64,000 nucleotides of DNA from Candidatus Forterrea multitransposorum CG_2015-17_Forterrea_25_41 (GTDB lineage Archaea > Iainarchaeota > Iainarchaeia > Iainarchaeales > CSSED10-239): the NCBI GenBank assembly GCA_009392915.1, contig CP045477.1:64001-128000 (forward strand), read 5' to 3'. The notes beneath the pieces are model-generated. The model did not search any database, was not told the DNA's origin, and worked only from the letters and a program-made list of their open reading frames with translations. Below, in pieces: positions 29,366 to 39,552 of this stretch (position 1 is its first letter; the number at the start of each line of letters is the position of its first letter). A program made the position numbers and the translations under genes.

Positions 29366-29938
29366 ATGGGTGACCCAAAAAGATTAAATAGAAAATATGA
29401 TGTTCCAAAAATGAAATGGAATAAATTAAAAATCAGAACAGATAAACAAATTACAGAAGAGTATGGTCTTAGACGTAAAAAAGAAATCTGGAAAGCTGAA
29501 ACTGAAGTTAGAAACTTTAGAAAGAGAGCAAGACTTTTACTTGCTGGAAGAGTTGATGACTACAGTACAAGAAAAGATGAACTTTTAAATAAACTTGTAA
29601 AAATGGGTATTTTTACAAAAGAACATAAAGTTGAAGATGTTTTAAAACTTAATTTAACAGATTATTTGGACAGAAGACTTCAAACTTTAGTCTTTAAAAA
29701 AGGCCTTGCATTAAGCCCAAATCAAGCAAGACAATTAATTACTCACGGTCATATTGCAATAAATGGAAAGGTTAGAAAAATTCCTGGATCAATTATTTAT
29801 GCAGATGAATCTGTATCATACAGTAATTCTCAAATCAAAGATATGATTGAAAAAATGCTTGAGAAAAAAGGAAAACCTGCAACTTCAACTAAAGAAGAAA
29901 AGAAAGAAGAAGTAGCAGTTGAAGAGAATAAGGAGTGA
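29366..29938 (+). CDS. rps4: 30S ribosomal protein S4 with K/E-rich C-terminal tail
   Basis: S4 N-terminus (MGDPKRLNRKYDVPK) and S4 domain. The C-terminal tail is TSTKEEKKEEVAVEENKE. Confidence 0.9.
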   Translation: MGDPKRLNRKYDVPKMKWNKLKIRTDKQITEEYGLRRKKEIWKAETEVRNFRKRARLLLAGRVDDYSTRKDELLNKLVKMGIFTKEHKVEDVLKLNLTDYLDRRLQTLVFKKGLALSPNQARQLITHGHIAINGKVRKIPGSIIYADESVSYSNSQIKDMIEKMLEKKGKPATSTKEEKKEEVAVEENKE

Positions 29939-29944
29939 AGATAA

Positions 29945-30331
29945 ATGGTATCAACTGAAAAGATCGGGATTGTAAATATTTTTGCATCTAGAAATAATAC
30001 TATTATGGTATTAACAGATGAAACTGGAGCAGAAATTATTGCAAAAACATCAGGTGGACAATTAACAAAGTCTCAACATAAAGAAGGCTCTCCTTATATC
30101 GCTATGAAAATGTCTCAAATTATTGCTGAAAAAGCAAAAGAAAGAGGAATTAAAGAAGTTCATGTTAAGATAAGAGCTCCAGGTGGAAATCTTTATTATA
30201 ATCCTGGACAAGGTGCTGAACCTTCTATTAAATCATTAACAAGACATGGTTTGAGAATATTAAGTATTTTAAACACTACACCTGTCCCTCATGATGGATG
30301 TAGAAAGAAAAAATCTCATAGAAGAGATTAG
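29945..30331 (+). CDS. rps11: 30S ribosomal protein S11
   Basis: GIVNIFASRNNTIMVLTD... is typical of S11. Conserved S13-S4-S11 order. Confidence 0.9.
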   Translation: MVSTEKIGIVNIFASRNNTIMVLTDETGAEIIAKTSGGQLTKSQHKEGSPYIAMKMSQIIAEKAKERGIKEVHVKIRAPGGNLYYNPGQGAEPSIKSLTRHGLRILSILNTTPVPHDGCRKKKSHRRD

Positions 30332-30371
30332 ATTTTTCTTAAATTTATAAAAAAGAAGAAGTGATAAAGTT

Positions 30372-31109
30372 ATGGTGAAGGTAAAATTTTTAGAAAAAGA
30401 ACATAATGTATCTAAGTATTTAATTGAGAATACAGATCATATTACATTAAATACTATTAGAAGAACAATTAGTTATTATCTTCCAACCTATGCTATAGAT
30501 GAAATTGATTTTTATGAAAATAATTCTGTAATGATTGATGAAATGCTTGCAAATAGAATAGGACTTTCACCTGTAAAAACACCAGTTGTAACTACTGGAA
30601 AAAAGGTCACTTTTAATTTAGAAGTTGAAGGACCAAAAACAGTATATACAAGTGAATTAGTTTCAAATGATTCTGAAATTAAAATGGTGTATGATACAAT
30701 TGCACTTACAAAACTTAACGAACATGAAACAATTAAGCTTACAGCTTATGCAACACTTGGTCAAGGAAAAGATCATGTTAAGTATATGCCAGCAATTGTT
30801 TCTTATGCACAATTATATGATCTTGAAATTTCAAGAGGTTGTGAAGAGTGTAAAGCAGTTTTTGAAAAAGCTTCTAAAAATGCTATAAAATCTGAATCTT
30901 CAAAAAATATTATAATTAATCCTGAAGATTATGATTATTGTGTTGGTCAAGCTGAAGCTTGTGAAAAAAAGTGTTTAAAAATTAATCCTATCAATAGTTA
31001 TATATTATCTGTTGAAACAATTGGTCAAATGACTGCGAAAGAAGTTTTTATTTTAACTGAGAGATATTTAAAAGAATATGTTTCAATCTTAAAAAAGAAA
31101 CTTAAATAA
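30372..31109 (+). CDS. rpoD: DNA-directed RNA polymerase subunit D (Rpo3)
   Basis: Follows S11 as in archaea. Has a Cys cluster (CEECKAV...CVGQAEACEKKC) typical of the subunit D Fe-S-like insert. Confidence 0.85.
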   Translation: MVKVKFLEKEHNVSKYLIENTDHITLNTIRRTISYYLPTYAIDEIDFYENNSVMIDEMLANRIGLSPVKTPVVTTGKKVTFNLEVEGPKTVYTSELVSNDSEIKMVYDTIALTKLNEHETIKLTAYATLGQGKDHVKYMPAIVSYAQLYDLEISRGCEECKAVFEKASKNAIKSESSKNIIINPEDYDYCVGQAEACEKKCLKINPINSYILSVETIGQMTAKEVFILTERYLKEYVSILKKKLK

Positions 31110-31128
31110 AAAAAGTTGTTAAAAAAAA

Positions 31129-31210
31129 GCAGGGGTTCCCGAGTGGTCAAAGGGGCAGGACTTAAGATCCTGTGCTTAGTGCTTCGCAGGTTCGAATCCT
31201 GTCCCCTGCA
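31129..31210 (+). tRNA. tRNA-Leu (anticodon UAA), class II with long variable arm
   Basis: 7-bp acceptor stem GCAGGGG/CCCCTGC and anticodon stem CAGGA/TCCTG. The anticodon loop is CTTAAGA. There is a 13-nt variable arm and a T-loop TTCGAAT. The discriminator is A and no CCA is encoded. Confidence 0.8.
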
Positions 31211-31252
31211 TTTAATATTTATATAAAAAAAAAGAAATAAAGGTGTCACATT

Positions 31253-31615
31253 ATGGCAGTTAAAAAAGATTTAATGAATTTAGAAAAAAAACAAACTTTA
31301 GACAATCTATACAGTGTTTACAAATCAAGTAAGAAAGAGATTTATAAAAAAGTAGCTTCAATGCTAGAATCTTCAAGAAGAAATATGATTTCTGTAAATT
31401 TATCAAAACTTGAAAAATTAAATAATGTTATAGAAGGTTCAATTGTAATTGTTCCTGGAAAAATTTTAGGTGTTGGAAACTTAGAAAAAAAAATAACAGT
31501 TTATGCATATAGCTTTTCAAAAAGTGCAAAAGAAAAATTAGCTAAAAATGCAAAAACTTTTGATGATTTTACAAAAGATAAAATTGATTTTAAAAAATGT
31601 GTTATAATTAAATAA
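31253..31615 (+). CDS. rpl18e: 50S ribosomal protein L18e
   Basis: Lies in the conserved position between rpoD and L13. 120-aa basic protein. Confidence 0.7.
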   Translation: MAVKKDLMNLEKKQTLDNLYSVYKSSKKEIYKKVASMLESSRRNMISVNLSKLEKLNNVIEGSIVIVPGKILGVGNLEKKITVYAYSFSKSAKEKLAKNAKTFDDFTKDKIDFKKCVIIK

Positions 31616-31638
31616 TTTTTTTTAAATATTTGTGGTGA

Positions 31639-32061
31639 ATGAAAATGATTGTAATAAATGGTGAAAATAAAGTTTTTGGAAGACTTTCAAGTGAAATTGC
31701 TGAAAAACTTTTAAAATACAATGAAAAAGTTGTAGTTGTTAATGCAAGAAAAGTAATAATTAGTGGAAACTATGAAAGTATCTTTGAAAGATTTTTTGAA
31801 AGAACAGAAAGGGGAGGAAAAGGTAATCCTAGAAACAACCCTAAATACCCTAGATATCCTGATAGATTAATTAAAAGAGGAGTTAGAGGTATGCTTCCAA
31901 GAAATCCTAGAGGAGCACTTGTTTTAAAAAATTTAATTGTACATATTGATGTTCCAGAAAATTTTAATAAAGAAATTCCTGCTTCTGTTAAATTAAAAAA
32001 TATGAAATATTTAACTTTAGAAGAAATTTCAAAAAGATTAGGTGCAAAATATTCAAATTAA
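31639..32061 (+). CDS. rpl13: 50S ribosomal protein L13
   Basis: L13 sequence (RTERGGKGNPRNNPKYPRYPDRLIKRGVRGMLP). Confidence 0.9.
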   Translation: MKMIVINGENKVFGRLSSEIAEKLLKYNEKVVVVNARKVIISGNYESIFERFFERTERGGKGNPRNNPKYPRYPDRLIKRGVRGMLPRNPRGALVLKNLIVHIDVPENFNKEIPASVKLKNMKYLTLEEISKRLGAKYSN

Positions 32062-32078
32062 GAGTAATGTGATAGATT

Positions 32079-32486
32079 ATGGTAAAAAATTATATGGTTA
32101 AAGCAACTAGAAAAAATGCAGTTGCAAGAGCTTCAATTAAACCTGGGAAAGGAGAAATAAGAGTTAATAAAATGTCTCTTGATGCTATTTATCCTACAGG
32201 TTATAAAAAAGCAATTGTTTTAGAACCTACAAAAATTGCTTCTGAAGAATTTTCTAAATTTAATTATAATGTTAATGTTATTGGTGGAGGATCTTCTTCA
32301 CAAGTCCAAGCAGTTAGAAGTTGTATTGCTAAGGGAATTGTACTTGCTAATGGTAATAAAAAAGCATTAAAAGATAAATTCTTAGAATATGATAGACATC
32401 TTTTAATTGATGATGCTAGAAATAAAGAACCAAAGAAAGAACTTGGTGTTGGTGCTAGAAAGAAGAAACAAAAATCTAAGAGGTGA
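32079..32486 (+). CDS. rps9: 30S ribosomal protein S9
   Basis: Conserved position. The C-terminal basic tail ARKKKQKSKR is typical of S9. Confidence 0.9.
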   Translation: MVKNYMVKATRKNAVARASIKPGKGEIRVNKMSLDAIYPTGYKKAIVLEPTKIASEEFSKFNYNVNVIGGGSSSQVQAVRSCIAKGIVLANGNKKALKDKFLEYDRHLLIDDARNKEPKKELGVGARKKKQKSKR

Positions 32487-32493
32487 ATAATTA

Positions 32494-32688
32494 ATGATTA
32501 TTCCAGTTCGTTGTTTTTCTTGTGGGCAAGTAGTTGCTCACAACTATGAAGAATTTTTAAAAGAAATTAAAGATAAAAAATTAAAACCTACAGATGTTTT
32601 AGATAACTTAGGTGTAAAAAAATATTGTTGTAGAAGAATGTATATTTCAAATGTTGAAGTAATTGATGAAATTATGAAATATAATTAA
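32494..32688 (+). CDS. rpoN: DNA-directed RNA polymerase subunit N (Rpo10)
   Basis: MIIPVRCFSCGQV...KYCCRRM zinc bundle. 64 aa. Confidence 0.9.
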   Translation: MIIPVRCFSCGQVVAHNYEEFLKEIKDKKLKPTDVLDNLGVKKYCCRRMYISNVEVIDEIMKYN

Positions 32689-32714
32689 ATATTGAAAAAA
32701 AAGTGTGAAAAAAA

Positions 32715-33452
32715 ATGAATAAAAGTACAGAAAATAAAGCTATTGAAAATAATCCTTCTGAGAAAAGAACTCCAAATAATAGATTTCAAAAAACATTAGT
32801 AAATATTGATCTTTATTTAAAAAATGGTATCCATATTGGAACTAAATATAAAAATGGAGCTATGAGAAGATTTATCTTTAAATCAAGAAGTGATAAATTA
32901 AATGTAATGGATGTTCAGATAATTGATCAAAGAATAAAAACTTCAATTGAATTTTTATCAAAATTTAATCCTGAAGATGTTGTTTTTGTTTCAAGAAAAA
33001 AATATGCTTTATTTGGTTTAACTTTACTTGAAAAAACTTTTGGTTATAAAATAAAGGTTGGAAGATTTATTCCTGGTACTTTTACAAATCCAGATTCAGA
33101 ACACTTTATGGAACCAAAACTTGTTTTTGTAGTTGATCCTAATATAGATAGACAAGCTATTTTAGAAGCAACTAAAATTAGAGTACCTATAGTTGCTCTT
33201 GCAACAACTTCTAGTAATGTGAGAAATATTGATCTTTTAGTTCCTTTTAACAATAAAGGACGTAAATCTATTGCTCTTTATTTTTGGCTTTTAAACAGAG
33301 AGCTTCAATTAAAGAATGGTTTTATCAAGTCTGAAAAAGAATATAATTACAAAGTAGATGATTTTGTAATAACTAATGATGATAAAAAAGATGATGAAAC
33401 TAGAGATAGAAAACCAAGACCTAGATTTGTTAAGAAACCTTTTAGAAAATAA
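32715..33452 (+). CDS. rps2: 30S ribosomal protein S2 with N- and C-terminal extensions
   Basis: S2 core (LLVPFNNKGRKSIALYFWLLNRE) and a charged C-terminal tail DDKKDDETRDRKPRPRF. No rpoK lies between rpoN and S2. Confidence 0.85.
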   Translation: MNKSTENKAIENNPSEKRTPNNRFQKTLVNIDLYLKNGIHIGTKYKNGAMRRFIFKSRSDKLNVMDVQIIDQRIKTSIEFLSKFNPEDVVFVSRKKYALFGLTLLEKTFGYKIKVGRFIPGTFTNPDSEHFMEPKLVFVVDPNIDRQAILEATKIRVPIVALATTSSNVRNIDLLVPFNNKGRKSIALYFWLLNRELQLKNGFIKSEKEYNYKVDDFVITNDDKKDDETRDRKPRPRFVKKPFRK

Positions 33453-33534
33453 AAGGTTTTTAAATTTTTAAATAAGCTTTTAAATGTTACTATACATCTT
33501 ATATATAGTAATTAATTAATCTAAAAAGGTTAAT

Positions 33535-33546
33535 ATTGTTAACAAT
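33535..33546 (+). promoter_or_regulatory. perfect 12-bp palindrome ATTGTTAACAAT ~35 bp upstream of the TrmB-like gene
   Basis: Read directly from the sequence. It is embedded in a longer near-palindrome TAATATTGTTAACAATTATA. Confidence 0.25.
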
Positions 33547-33579
33547 TATAAAAAAACGTAAAAAAGAGTGTGAAAAATC

Positions 33580-34305
33580 ATGAAAGATAATTATTTAGTT
33601 TCACTTTTAAAAGAACTTAATTTAACTGAATATGAAGCAAAAGCTCTTGTTACGTTATTTAAATTTTCAGAATCTGATGCTCCAACTATTAGTAGAAATT
33701 CTGAAATTCCAAAAACTAGAATTTATGATGTTTTAGATAGACTTAAAGATAAAGGTTTTGTTTTAGAAGTTTATAAAAGTCCTAAAACCTATAAAATAGT
33801 TAATCCTGAAGAAATTTTTAAAGGACTTTTAGATTTAAAACAAAATGAACTTTTAAATCTTTCAAAAAAAGTAGATGATGTTATTTTAAACTCAACATGG
33901 TCTTCTTATGCAAATAGTAATCCTGAAAAAGTATTACAAGTAAACAATATTAAAGATTATAATAAATTTTTATCACAAGAATTTGAAACTGCAGAAAAAG
34001 AAATACATGGTTTTACAAATCTTGATGAAAGAATTGATTCTTTAAAATCTGTTTTTACAAATAAAAATTTATCAATTAATATTTTAACAAATCCAGTTAC
34101 AAAAATACATGAAATTCCAAAACATGTAACTATTCAAGAAACTAACCATTCAATGGATGCTTTTGTTTTAGATAAAAAGAAAGTTATTATGGCTTTAAAT
34201 GATTTATCTTCTCCTAAAAAAGCATATAATTTAACTGTTCTTGAAAATAATCCTACCCTTGCAAATGCACTCTTATCTCATTTTAAGGATTACTGGAAAA
34301 AATAG
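33580..34305 (+). CDS. TrmB-family transcriptional regulator (wHTH)
   Basis: N-terminal TrmB-like winged helix (LTEYEAKALVTLFKFSESDAPTISRNSEIPKTRIYDVLDRLKDKGFV). Confidence 0.55.
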   Translation: MKDNYLVSLLKELNLTEYEAKALVTLFKFSESDAPTISRNSEIPKTRIYDVLDRLKDKGFVLEVYKSPKTYKIVNPEEIFKGLLDLKQNELLNLSKKVDDVILNSTWSSYANSNPEKVLQVNNIKDYNKFLSQEFETAEKEIHGFTNLDERIDSLKSVFTNKNLSINILTNPVTKIHEIPKHVTIQETNHSMDAFVLDKKKVIMALNDLSSPKKAYNLTVLENNPTLANALLSHFKDYWKK

Positions 34306-34396
34306 TTTTTTTTAATATATTGAATACTTTTTTAAAGTTAACTATCTTTATAAATATATATAAGGGTATATTAACTTTTAAGAGGTAATAAATTAT

Positions 34397-36484
34397 ATGC
34401 AGTTAAAGAAACTAACTTTAGTTTTATTATTTTTATTTATTTTTTCCATACCAGTTTTTTCTTCTTCTATAACTCTTTATGTTTCCTCTCCTTTTTCCTC
34501 TTCATCTTCAAATTTTAGTATTTCTCCTTCACTTTCTTTTGACAAGTTATCTTTAGTTTCAGAAGATAATTTATCTTTATTAAGAGAGCAAAATATTATT
34601 GTTAAAGAAGAAATTATTAAAGAAAAAGAATCTTCTTTAGAAGATAATTCTCTGTTAGAAGAAATAAATTCTCCAAATCATATTTATGAAACTTATTTTC
34701 AAGATTCTGTAATGATTGGAGATGTTTATTTTCCAGAAGGTATAATTGATTCTTCTCAAGTAAGAGAAAGAAGAAATATTAACTCTCAGTCTACAGTTGA
34801 TAATATTTGGGGTACCACTCCATTAACTGGAGAATATCATATTCCTGTTTTTTTAGTTGATTTTTCAGATGTTCCACATACTCTTTCTAAAGAAGTTTTT
34901 GAAGAACAATTTAATTCTCCTCTTTACTTGGACGGTAATGGTACAAGTGTAAGTCAGTATTACAAGAAACAATCCTATGGTGAACTTGATATTACTTTTG
35001 ATGTTTATGATTGGAGAGAAATGCCTGAAACTTATGAATATTATAGTACAAGATTAGGTGTTTTTGGAGCTCAAACAATAGATCTTTTTGGAACTGGTCC
35101 AAATGCAATTGATTTAACTCAATATGATTCTGATAATGATGGTAGGATAGATGGTTTTGTAATTGTTCACGCTGGTTTTTCTTTACAGAACGCTGGTACT
35201 GGTCATATTAAGACATCTACTTTATTAATGTATTCTGATGAAATTTTAACCATTCAAGGTTTGCATTATGGTAATATAGCTGTTACTTCTGAGAGATATC
35301 CTAGTTGTTCTTCTGGTTTTAATGAAAATTTAATTCCATATCCAGATGATTGTAGAATTGGTGTTTTAGATCAAACACATGAGTTTGGTCATATTTTAGG
35401 TCTTCCAGACTTTTATGGTATTGATCCAAATACTGGTGGTCAATCTCCTGGTCTTCAAAACCTAACTATGATGATGATGTATGATGACATTCCTCAAAAA
35501 CCAATTAATTTAGATGCTTGGGCAAGATATTTTTTAGGTTGGATACAACCAACTGTAATTGAAGAGGGCATGGAAGGTGTTTATCCAGTTTATTCAATTG
35601 ACACCAATCCAGATGGTGCTTTTATTTTACAAGATCTAACTGAGATGGATGAACGTGAATTTTTTATAATTGAAAATAGATTTATGCAAAACTCCCCTTA
35701 TAATCAAGATACTTTTCTTTTAAACACTTCTCAACTAAATTGGGATTATTTAAATGGTCATTTTGGTGGAATTGCAGTTTATCATGTTGATGAGCAATAC
35801 ATTGAAGATAATTATCCAACTAACAGTATCATGTGGGATCCTGATGGAGATTTTTATGATGATACTATAGGGCATCCTGGAATCGTTTTTGAAGAAAATA
35901 TAAAATTTTCAGAAAATAATTGGGATTATTCATTAGGAGATTTATATTCTAGTGAACGTAATGCTGGTTTTGGAGATAATACTTTTGGTAATTTTGATAG
36001 ATACCAAAGATTTTATCCAGAATATAATATGTTATGGGATTATCACAATAAAGCCTATAATGGTAATTTAACTGGTGTTACTGTTGGCACTTTAAGTGGT
36101 AGTGGATCTATAGTTTATGCTTATCTTCAAAGTTATCAAGAAACTTTTAATGCTTTAATCTCTTCTCCAAAAAATAACAGATGGTATAAGTATACTAATA
36201 ATTTAAATTTCATTTCAAGTTATTATAATAATTTAGGAGATGTAAGTTGTGTTTGGGAAGATTCCAGTAATAATATTCTATCTCAAGATTGTGAATTTTC
36301 TGCAACTCCAGAAGATTTAGGTTTACCAATCAGTGAATGTTCTGAGAAAATCACTCTAACTTTAGAAATAACAGATCAAGAAACTGGTGATACAATTATT
36401 GATACTGTTGATATAAAGATTTATGAAACCATAAGAGATATTTGTGAGACTGCTCATAACAACACCCAAGCAGCCACAAAATAA
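34397..36484 (+). CDS. secreted zinc metalloprotease (HExxH; M6/InhA-like motif HEFGHILGLPDFY)
   Basis: Signal peptide, then a Ser-rich linker, then a catalytic zincin motif HEFGH-x3-LPDFY. 695 aa. Confidence 0.55.
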   Translation: MQLKKLTLVLLFLFIFSIPVFSSSITLYVSSPFSSSSSNFSISPSLSFDKLSLVSEDNLSLLREQNIIVKEEIIKEKESSLEDNSLLEEINSPNHIYETYFQDSVMIGDVYFPEGIIDSSQVRERRNINSQSTVDNIWGTTPLTGEYHIPVFLVDFSDVPHTLSKEVFEEQFNSPLYLDGNGTSVSQYYKKQSYGELDITFDVYDWREMPETYEYYSTRLGVFGAQTIDLFGTGPNAIDLTQYDSDNDGRIDGFVIVHAGFSLQNAGTGHIKTSTLLMYSDEILTIQGLHYGNIAVTSERYPSCSSGFNENLIPYPDDCRIGVLDQTHEFGHILGLPDFYGIDPNTGGQSPGLQNLTMMMMYDDIPQKPINLDAWARYFLGWIQPTVIEEGMEGVYPVYSIDTNPDGAFILQDLTEMDEREFFIIENRFMQNSPYNQDTFLLNTSQLNWDYLNGHFGGIAVYHVDEQYIEDNYPTNSIMWDPDGDFYDDTIGHPGIVFEENIKFSENNWDYSLGDLYSSERNAGFGDNTFGNFDRYQRFYPEYNMLWDYHNKAYNGNLTGVTVGTLSGSGSIVYAYLQSYQETFNALISSPKNNRWYKYTNNLNFISSYYNNLGDVSCVWEDSSNNILSQDCEFSATPEDLGLPISECSEKITLTLEITDQETGDTIIDTVDIKIYETIRDICETAHNNTQAATK

Positions 36485-36561
36485 AAAAATAAGTAAACCA
36501 TTTATATACTTTATGTTATATAATTTATAATATAATTATTTAAAATAAAAAATAAATTAAG

Positions 36562-39531
36562 GTGAATATTTTGATAAAAATAAAAAAAGGACAAATTTCT
36601 TTAGAAGCAATTATTATAATTGGTGTTATTGTTTTAGCAAGTATTATATTTGCGACATTCTATATTTCTAATGTTAATAAAAAAATAGATACTGCAAGTA
36701 ATCTAGATCCTAATTTTTCTGGAATGATTGGATCTGATGAAATGGGGTCAACTGATCCTATAACTATTGGTGAAGAACCAGGTCCAGGCCCAGGTCCAGG
36801 AGGAAGTACTTGTGGTGATAATATTATTGAAGGTACAGAAGATTGTGATGGTACTAATTTAGGTGGTGCTACATGTGAGTCTGAAGGTCAAGGTACAGGA
36901 GATTTATCTTGTAATTCAAATTGTACTTTTGATTATTCTGGTTGTTCTAGTCCAACAGCAAGTTATACAATAACTTCAAGTCATGGATCAAATGGAACTA
37001 TTTTTCCTTTAGGAGCTGTAACAGTTTTAGAAGGGGCAAGTAAAAAATTTAATTTGTATCCAAATGCAGGTTATGATGTAGATACTGTTTCAATTGATGG
37101 TGCAGAAGTTTCTCTTAGTGAAAGAAGAAGTTATACTTTTAATAATGTTACTTCCGGTCATACTATTCATGTAACTTTTAAACCTTATGCTTCAAATGAA
37201 CATATTATTTTTGCAAGTAGTGGTTCTCATGGAACCATAGATCCTGCAAGAAATAATACAGTTATAGAAGGAGATGATATTACTTTTACATTTAATCCAG
37301 ATACAGGATATCGTGTAGGTAATGTCTATATTGATGATACTACTGTTGGTTCAGAACAAATAGAGATTATTAATGATTTTTCTTCAAAAGATTCTGAAAA
37401 TAATAATTTATATTTTTCAGAAGAAGATGTTTTATATTTTGCATCTGATACAGGGACAGGTACTTCTTCAAATTTAGTTTATACTTTTGAAGATGTAGAT
37501 GATAGTCATACTATTCATGTAACTTTTATATCAAACACAACTCCTACATATACTTTAGAATATATTGCTGGAGCAAATGGTAGTATTTCTGGTCCAAATC
37601 CTCAAACTGTAAGTCAAGGAGAAGATGGTACAGAAGTATGTGCTGTTGCAGATGAAGGTTATGAATTTTTTAAATGGGATGATGATTATTATTCTGAATG
37701 TAGAACTGAAACAAATGTAACAAGTAATCAAACATATACTGTTATCTTTAATGAAAATGCAGGTCAAACAATGGCTATGAATTTAGAAGGTGTTGAATCA
37801 ACTCCAATAAATCAAAACTTTGATGTTGTTGTTAATACTTCTGAAACTCCAGGAACTGTAAGTTATGGTTTAGTTGCAGGATTATTAATTTATAATGATG
37901 TTGCAGGAGATTATTTGCCAACAAACAATTGTTCTTATAACGGAACTTTTGCTTCAAATCATACACTTGAAACAAATCAATCTCCAGGTATTGAAAATTA
38001 TACTTTTACATGTAATACTTCTGGAAACTATAAATTTACATTTACAGCAACAGATACAACTAACTCAACAAATGATGTTTCAAGAGATAAATTAATTACT
38101 GTTGTAAATAACCAAACAGCAGCACCAACATTTTCAATTGATGGAGGTACTTATTTTAATGATCAAACATTAACTTTAAGTTCAACAACTCCTAGTGCAA
38201 CTATAAAATACACAACTAATGGTACTATCCCAACTTGTACTACAGGAACAACTTATTCTCCTGCAAGTCCAATTCAAATTAATCAAATTTTAACAGTAAA
38301 AGCAATTGCTTGTAAATCTGGATATATTGATAGTCAAGTTGTTACAGAAATTTATAATTTAAAAGTTGGATATCCAGAACCAAGTGTTAATCCTGGTGTA
38401 TATTCTCAAGCACAGACAATTACTCTTTCAACAGAAACAATTGGTGCAACTTTGTATTATTCAACAGATGGTTCTGATGCTTTTGATGGAAGTGTTTACG
38501 TTCCAGGAGAAGAAATTATAATTTCAAAACCATATACTGAATTAAGAGTGGCAGGAGAAAAATCAAATTATAATGATAGTTCAGAATTTGATGAATATTA
38601 TTATATAAATGGTTATGAATCTCCAACTCCAAGTATGGTTTTTACAAATTATTATGGAGATGCATATAATCTTGTAGGTGCTGCAAATTTAACTCACTCA
38701 GATGTTTTCTTTGAAGATGAAGAAAATAATTTAGTAAGATTTGTTAATCCTAAATTAAATGGAGATTATTTTAACGGAAGTAATGCTTCAGGAGCTACAT
38801 TAATAGATTGTGAGGCATTTTGTTCTGAAAAGTATCTTGGAGGAACTTGTGATTCTTTTGATAAAACTAATTATTCTGGAAATGCAAATAATTTGATATA
38901 TTATAGAAATATGATTCCTGGTTCTGGTGGTGCAAATGATGTTTTCCCTTACACAATTGGGGGTGAGTTATCTAATTCTCCTCAATGGGCTTATGCTTCT
39001 GGAGCTATTGGTGGACCAGATAGAGTAGGATACTTCACTTGTGATTTTTCACACACCTCCAGTCCAGAAGATGCAGACTTTGGATTTATTGATTTATATA
39101 CTGAAGATTTATTATTAAATTATGGTGATCCATTTGATGGTACAGAATTCTATTATGATTCTTCAAGAGTAACTTTTGATAATGTTACAAAGTCTGGTTC
39201 AGAATATACTTATTCAGGTTTAAATGTTGTAGGTAATTTTGACACACCAGGCGCAACTGCTCCAACAGGAACAGTTTATATACTTTCAGATGATTTTTCA
39301 CAAGCTTGTGATGCTGTATGTGATGCTTTATATCAAGAAAGTTCTTGTGAAAATTATGATACAACAGATGTATATACTGCTAAAGGAGTTTCATATAATT
39401 ATTATCCTCCTGAATATGCAACAATATTTAATCCTAATTTAAGTACAGGTTATTATTGGACATCTGGAAGTCAACTTTTCTATGATGTTTGGTCAGAAGC
39501 TGTTCTTTCAGAAGTTACTTGTTCAAAGTAA
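36562..39531 (+). CDS. 989-aa adhesin-like protein with type IV pilin-like (class III) N-terminal signal peptide
   Basis: N-terminus KKGQISLEAIIIIGVIVLASIIF matches the class III/prepilin signal (cleavage after G, hydrophobic helix). This is followed by a GPGPGPGG linker, a Cys-rich module, three GYxF..W Listeria-Bacteroides-type repeat domains and a chitobiase/hexosaminidase C-terminal-like beta domain. Confidence 0.7.
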   Translation: MNILIKIKKGQISLEAIIIIGVIVLASIIFATFYISNVNKKIDTASNLDPNFSGMIGSDEMGSTDPITIGEEPGPGPGPGGSTCGDNIIEGTEDCDGTNLGGATCESEGQGTGDLSCNSNCTFDYSGCSSPTASYTITSSHGSNGTIFPLGAVTVLEGASKKFNLYPNAGYDVDTVSIDGAEVSLSERRSYTFNNVTSGHTIHVTFKPYASNEHIIFASSGSHGTIDPARNNTVIEGDDITFTFNPDTGYRVGNVYIDDTTVGSEQIEIINDFSSKDSENNNLYFSEEDVLYFASDTGTGTSSNLVYTFEDVDDSHTIHVTFISNTTPTYTLEYIAGANGSISGPNPQTVSQGEDGTEVCAVADEGYEFFKWDDDYYSECRTETNVTSNQTYTVIFNENAGQTMAMNLEGVESTPINQNFDVVVNTSETPGTVSYGLVAGLLIYNDVAGDYLPTNNCSYNGTFASNHTLETNQSPGIENYTFTCNTSGNYKFTFTATDTTNSTNDVSRDKLITVVNNQTAAPTFSIDGGTYFNDQTLTLSSTTPSATIKYTTNGTIPTCTTGTTYSPASPIQINQILTVKAIACKSGYIDSQVVTEIYNLKVGYPEPSVNPGVYSQAQTITLSTETIGATLYYSTDGSDAFDGSVYVPGEEIIISKPYTELRVAGEKSNYNDSSEFDEYYYINGYESPTPSMVFTNYYGDAYNLVGAANLTHSDVFFEDEENNLVRFVNPKLNGDYFNGSNASGATLIDCEAFCSEKYLGGTCDSFDKTNYSGNANNLIYYRNMIPGSGGANDVFPYTIGGELSNSPQWAYASGAIGGPDRVGYFTCDFSHTSSPEDADFGFIDLYTEDLLLNYGDPFDGTEFYYDSSRVTFDNVTKSGSEYTYSGLNVVGNFDTPGATAPTGTVYILSDDFSQACDAVCDALYQESSCENYDTTDVYTAKGVSYNYYPPEYATIFNPNLSTGYYWTSGSQLFYDVWSEAVLSEVTCSK

Positions 39532-39552
39532 TTTTAAAACAATTACTTTTAA

